Under the pieces are notes generated by a model. That model saw nothing but the letters and a program-made list of their open reading frames with translations. It was not told the DNA's origin and did no database searches. From Spirochaetales bacterium (GTDB taxonomy: Bacteria; Spirochaetota; Spirochaetia; SZUA-6; JAFGRV01), in the NCBI GenBank assembly GCA_016934975.1, contig JAFGRV010000019.1:1-50544 (forward strand): 50,544 bases of DNA. Reading direction: 5' to 3'. The translations under genes were made by a program, and so were the position numbers. This document shows, one piece after another, positions 47,116 through 50,544 of the stretch. Each line of letters begins with the position of its first letter. Positions within the stretch are counted from its first letter, which is position 1.

Positions 47116-48528
47116 TCATACTCCTGTTATGTAAGTTTTTTGTAATTCCGGGAATAACCGTTCCAAAGCAACACCCCGGGAACCTTTTAGTAAAATCAGA
47201 TCGCCCTCTTCCACAACATCTTTCACTTCTTTTTGTAATGACTCGAATTTATCCGTCCAGTATAAAGGCGCGTTCAATTCTTTTTCTTTCAGTGTCTTAT
47301 AGACACCTTTAAATTCTTCTCCGAACAAGTATATTCCATCGAAAGAAAGGGAAAGTGCTTTCTGAACGACCAGGGTGTGTGCCGCATCAGCCTCGTCCCC
47401 CAGTTCAAGCATACTTCCCAGGACAACTATTTTTCTGCCTTTCCAGGAAAGAGTATGAAGGAAAGACAGGACCTCTTTTACCGAATCAGGATTTGAATTA
47501 TAACAATCCATAATAACAGTATAAGCCCCTTTATACACCTGGGACCTGCCAAAGAGGGGTTTTACACGGGAAAGGCCTTCAATAATGTCCGAATTGCTTA
47601 ACCCCAGTTCCCGGGCAACAGCAAGAGCCCCAAGGGCATTATGAAGATTATGTATCCCCCAGAGGGGAAAGCGGACCCGGGACCCCTCCCAGTTAATGGC
47701 TATGCCATCCAGCCCCAGGTCCTTATATCCTCTGAAACCTTTGGTACTCTTCTGCCCATAGGGAATGATCTTTCCCGCAATCCCTTTTGACAGAAAGGAA
47801 AAATAGGGTTCATCTTCATATAAAAACAAACTCTGCTTTCCGGTAAAAAAAGAACATATTTTCTTCTTTTCACCGGCAATTGCATCTTTTGATCCGAGAA
47901 TTCCAATATGCGCACTTCCGATTGTCGTAATAAGAGCGGCATCCGGCTGTACAATATTACTTAAAACTTCCATTTCCCCTCGATGGTTCATTCCCATCTC
48001 AAAAACTCCGAATCGATGCATCGGCAAGACCCTGAGGACAGAGAGAGGAAGTCCTATTTCCGAGTTAAAATTTCCTTTATTAATAATAGTCTCACCCCCT
48101 CGAGCGAGAAGAGACCCAAGAATTTCTTTTGTTGTGGTTTTTCCATTACTCCCGGTAATCCCTATCCGGTAGAGCGAAGGAAACTGCTCCAGATAGGTTT
48201 TTGCGCACTCCTGGAGTGCTCCTAAAGGATCGGCCACGGCAACGATCGAGACCTGCCGGTCTTCCAAATCATGCAACACCTTCGCTTTATGCTCCTGCCA
48301 GTATGCGGTAGAGACAAAAAGAGTCCTGGCTCCGTTTTCAACAGCATTTCGTAAAAATTCATGCCCGTCGGAGTGTTCTCCTTTAAGGGGGATAAAAAGA
48401 GATAAGGTTTCGGCACTTCTTGAATCGATCACAACAGAATGAACAGGATAAAGATGACCTGTGGTATAGACACATTCTCCCTTTACCGCTTTTATGAGTT
48501 CATCTATTGTAAATAATTCTCTTTTCAT
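47116..48528 (-). CDS. murF: UDP-MurNAc-tripeptide--D-Ala-D-Ala ligase MurF
   Basis: Mur ligase P-loop ITGSNGKTTTKE. ATG at 48528 (MKRELFTIDEL) is preferred; the TTG at 48540 is also possible. Confidence 0.93.
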   Translation of the reverse strand: MKRELFTIDELIKAVKGECVYTTGHLYPVHSVVIDSRSAETLSLFIPLKGEHSDGHEFLRNAVENGARTLFVSTAYWQEHKAKVLHDLEDRQVSIVAVADPLGALQECAKTYLEQFPSLYRIGITGSNGKTTTKEILGSLLARGGETIINKGNFNSEIGLPLSVLRVLPMHRFGVFEMGMNHRGEMEVLSNIVQPDAALITTIGSAHIGILGSKDAIAGEKKKICSFFTGKQSLFLYEDEPYFSFLSKGIAGKIIPYGQKSTKGFRGYKDLGLDGIAINWEGSRVRFPLWGIHNLHNALGALAVARELGLSNSDIIEGLSRVKPLFGRSQVYKGAYTVIMDCYNSNPDSVKEVLSFLHTLSWKGRKIVVLGSMLELGDEADAAHTLVVQKALSLSFDGIYLFGEEFKGVYKTLKEKELNAPLYWTDKFESLQKEVKDVVEEGDLILLKGSRGVALERLFPELQKTYITGV

Positions 48529-48551
48529 CACACCTGTCAAAACCGTATTAC

Positions 48552-48827
48552 CTATTTATTCCTCATTAATATAATTTCCGTCATGCGGTGAGGTTCGATC
48601 TTGATAAGATCAAGATTCTCTCTCACCACTTTTTCTATTCTCTCAGGTGAACTATACACTGCAATCGCCGCGATCAACTTTTTATTCTTCTCGAGCCATT
48701 CATTCTGCTCTGTCTCTAATCTATCAATATCATCTACAATCTTTTGATTCGAGAAAACTCCCCATACCTCAAGGAAAAACATAAGAGGTACGATAAGGGT
48801 AAGGAAAATAATGATGATTTTCTTCAT
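48552..48827 (-). CDS. ftsL: FtsL-like septum formation protein
   Basis: 91 aa, with a TM segment (IIIIFLTLIVPLMFFL) plus a short coiled coil. ATGA overlap with the rsmH stop. GAGGAG SD. Confidence 0.75.
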   Translation of the reverse strand: MKKIIIIFLTLIVPLMFFLEVWGVFSNQKIVDDIDRLETEQNEWLEKNKKLIAAIAVYSSPERIEKVVRENLDLIKIEPHRMTEIILMRNK

Positions 48828-49777
48828 AGTGTACTCCTCTGAACAACCTTCTCTATAACTCTTAATTTTGCGGATCTTGCAGCGTGATTCGATTTGACTT
48901 CCTCAGAGCCAGCGATCACAGGTTTTTTAGTGAGAATCTTTCCCTGTCTCACTCTGTCACACCTGCACACCGGCCATTCCGGCGGACAGGTACACTCTGA
49001 ATTTTTCAGTTTAAAAAATCGTTTCACAATCCTGTCTTCAAGTGAATGATATGACACAACCCCTAACCGGCCTCCTTTTTCAAGAACATTAAATGCTCCA
49101 TCAAGAGCACCGGAAAGCCGTTTCAACTCGGAGTTTACCTCGATCCGTAATGCCTGAAAGCAGCGGGTCGCGGGATGGATTTTTGATCCGTAATTTTTAG
49201 AACGGGGAACTGCCCTCTTAATGATCTCCGAAAGTAAAAAAGCATTATCTATCGGCGCCATGGCTCGTTCGGCTACAATAATCCGTGCGATTCTCCTGGC
49301 GAATCTCTCTTCTCCGAAATCCCTGAACAATGCAGAGAGATCATCTTCCGGATAATTATTCACGATATCGAAAGCGGAATAAGGCAGTTCTTCCGAGAGC
49401 CGCATATCCAGGGGTTCTTCCTTAGCAAAAGAAAATCCCCGTCCACTCACTTCATAATGAAACCGGGAAATACCAAGGTCAAAAATAATCCTATCCGGAT
49501 ATATATCATGATAATCACTATAATTCTTAAAAAATTCATCGAACCACATATTTAAAAACTGAGATCTCTTTCCGAAACCGGCGCATCTTTTTTCCGCAAT
49601 ACCAAGTATTGATAAATCCCGATCTATGCCGATAAGGGTGATATGAGGAAATGAATTCAAAAAAGCAAAGGTATATCCTCCTTCACCAAGGGTCGCATCC
49701 ACAAATAAACTTCGGGGATTAACCGGTGTTAAGTACATGAGAACTTCATCTAATAACACAGGAGTATGAACGTACAT
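48824..49777 (-). CDS. rsmH: 16S rRNA m4C1402 methyltransferase RsmH (MraW)
   Basis: HTPVLLDEV, DATLGEGGYT, DLGISRFH, SYHSLEDRIVK motifs. Start set at the ATG at 49777 (MYVHTPV) rather than the track start at 49822. Confidence 0.95.
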   Translation of the reverse strand: MYVHTPVLLDEVLMYLTPVNPRSLFVDATLGEGGYTFAFLNSFPHITLIGIDRDLSILGIAEKRCAGFGKRSQFLNMWFDEFFKNYSDYHDIYPDRIIFDLGISRFHYEVSGRGFSFAKEEPLDMRLSEELPYSAFDIVNNYPEDDLSALFRDFGEERFARRIARIIVAERAMAPIDNAFLLSEIIKRAVPRSKNYGSKIHPATRCFQALRIEVNSELKRLSGALDGAFNVLEKGGRLGVVSYHSLEDRIVKRFFKLKNSECTCPPEWPVCRCDRVRQGKILTKKPVIAGSEEVKSNHAARSAKLRVIEKVVQRSTL

Positions 49778-49837
49778 CAACTTCCTTTTATATAGTAAAT
49801 TTTTTAAATCCTCTAAAACCATTACAAAAAAAGAGTT

Positions 49838-50269
49838 CTATTTACCAAGCTCTTCAAAAGCCTCATGAAATTCCGGCTCATGTTCCATACAATATTCTTT
49901 ATATAATTCATCATCCCATATTTCAATAGATTTTCCCTGGCCCAAAATATAACACTCTTTTTTTAGCTGGGCATATTCCCTCATTGTACAGGGTATAACG
50001 ATCCTCCCATTCTTATCAATCTCTACCTCTTGAGCGGGTGAAATGATCCGTCTCCGGATGAGCCTTCCCTTTTTCTCATAAATGGAGGTGGATGATATAA
50101 GATTTTCTGAAAAAATCTGCCATTCCCGGGGTGGAAAAAGCCAGAGACACTTTTCTGCACCGCGAGTGAGGATAAGAATGTTGCCTTCTATCTCTCCTCT
50201 CATTTTCGCAGGAATCATTAATCTCCCCTTATCATCCAATGAATACTTAAATTCCCCGGTAATTAACAA
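49838..50269 (-). CDS. mraZ: Transcriptional regulator MraZ
   Basis: Two SpoVT/AbrB-like halves carrying DDKGRLMIPAKMR and DKNGRIVIPCTMR. TTG start with AGGTGG upstream. Confidence 0.95.
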   Translation of the reverse strand: MLITGEFKYSLDDKGRLMIPAKMRGEIEGNILILTRGAEKCLWLFPPREWQIFSENLISSTSIYEKKGRLIRRRIISPAQEVEIDKNGRIVIPCTMREYAQLKKECYILGQGKSIEIWDDELYKEYCMEHEPEFHEAFEELGK

Positions 50270-50274
50270 TCATT

Positions 50275-50310
50275 TCCCACCTTTTACTAATTTCTCCCAC
50301 AATTCCCCAC
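50275..50310 (-). promoter_or_regulatory. Array of three GTGGG(R) direct repeats (MraZ-box-like operator)
   Basis: On the minus strand: GTGGGG (50310-50305), GTGGGA (50300-50295), GTGGGA (50280-50275). Spacings are 10 and 20 nt. The repeats sit within a longer direct repeat, ATTAGTAAAA(T)GGTGGGRAAT. They lie between the candidate promoter and the mraZ start. Confidence 0.55.
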
Positions 50311-50320
50311 CATTTTACTA

Positions 50321-50348
50321 ATATTAACCCCTTATTCAAATTTGTCAA
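50321..50348 (-). promoter_or_regulatory. Candidate sigma-70-type promoter of the dcw cluster
   Basis: On the minus strand: a perfect TTGACA (50348-50343), a 16-nt spacer, TAATAT (50326-50321). A/T homopolymer tracts lie further upstream. Confidence 0.4.
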
Positions 50349-50544
50349 TATTTTTTTTGTACAAAATATTACTATTTAAGTCTTTTTTTTTATAAGAACT
50401 ACATACATGTATAGTAGTCAATAAAATCGCTCCACAAAGACAGGTTTTACAGACGTATTCTTCCATCTCATGAAAAAAAAATCGACCATGTAATAGAATG
50501 TCAGCTGCAACTTTCTTTAAAAAAAAAAAAAAATAACCAATAAA

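Noticed and set aside
50519-50533. A15 homopolymer (with nearby T10 and A9 tracts) as a phase-variation switch
   Set aside because: It lies upstream of the candidate dcw promoter at the window edge, in neither coding sequence nor the promoter spacer. It is more likely generic AT-rich or curved upstream DNA. Its length cannot be assessed without reads.

Overview
AT-rich 50.5-kb chromosomal window, almost certainly from a spirochete. All homology calls rest on motif recognition by eye and recalled synteny; no searches were run. Apart from about 4.8 kb at the left edge, every gene lies on the minus strand in one ~45-kb co-directional array. Reading right to left, the array holds: (1) a compact division/cell-wall cluster, mraZ-rsmH-ftsL-murF-mraY-ftsW-ftsQ-ftsA-ftsZ; (2) an xerD-like recombinase, a TPR lipoprotein, dprA, topA, xerC and hslVU; (3) a complete core flagellar superoperon, flgB-flgC-fliE-fliF-fliG-fliH-fliI-fliJ-flbB-fliK-flgD-flgE-flbD-motA-motB-fliL-fliM-fliY-fliZ(fliO)-fliP-fliQ-fliR-flhB-flhA-flhF-flhG, followed by an acidic membrane protein, fliA, a FapA/DUF342-like gene and two small unknown genes. 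The order matches what I recall for Borrelia (BB0307 down to BB0269) and the Treponema fla operons, but sigma-28 is present here. The left edge, on the plus strand, carries a 5-prime-partial Maf/DUF115 gene. It also carries a self-contained cassette: an extended -10 promoter, a 53-codon ORF and an 893-aa signal-less multidomain peptidoglycan hydrolase. Main second-look items: (a) that hydrolase cassette; (b) FlgE has Ser at the position of the lysinoalanine cross-link Cys and has no Cys at all; (c) fliR and fliZ/fliO have conserved N-termini lying upstream of any ATG/GTG/TTG, implying ATC/ATT and CTG starts behind strong Shine-Dalgarno sites; (d) three unusually long, highly structured intergenic spacers inside the flagellar operon, containing an 82-nt dispersed repeat in two inverted copies, a nested palindrome, a perfect 29-bp hairpin and a 4x17-nt tandem hairpin array; (e) a GTGGG direct-repeat array (MraZ-box-like) at the dcw promoter. 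No tRNA, rRNA, CRISPR array, transposase or prophage genes were seen.
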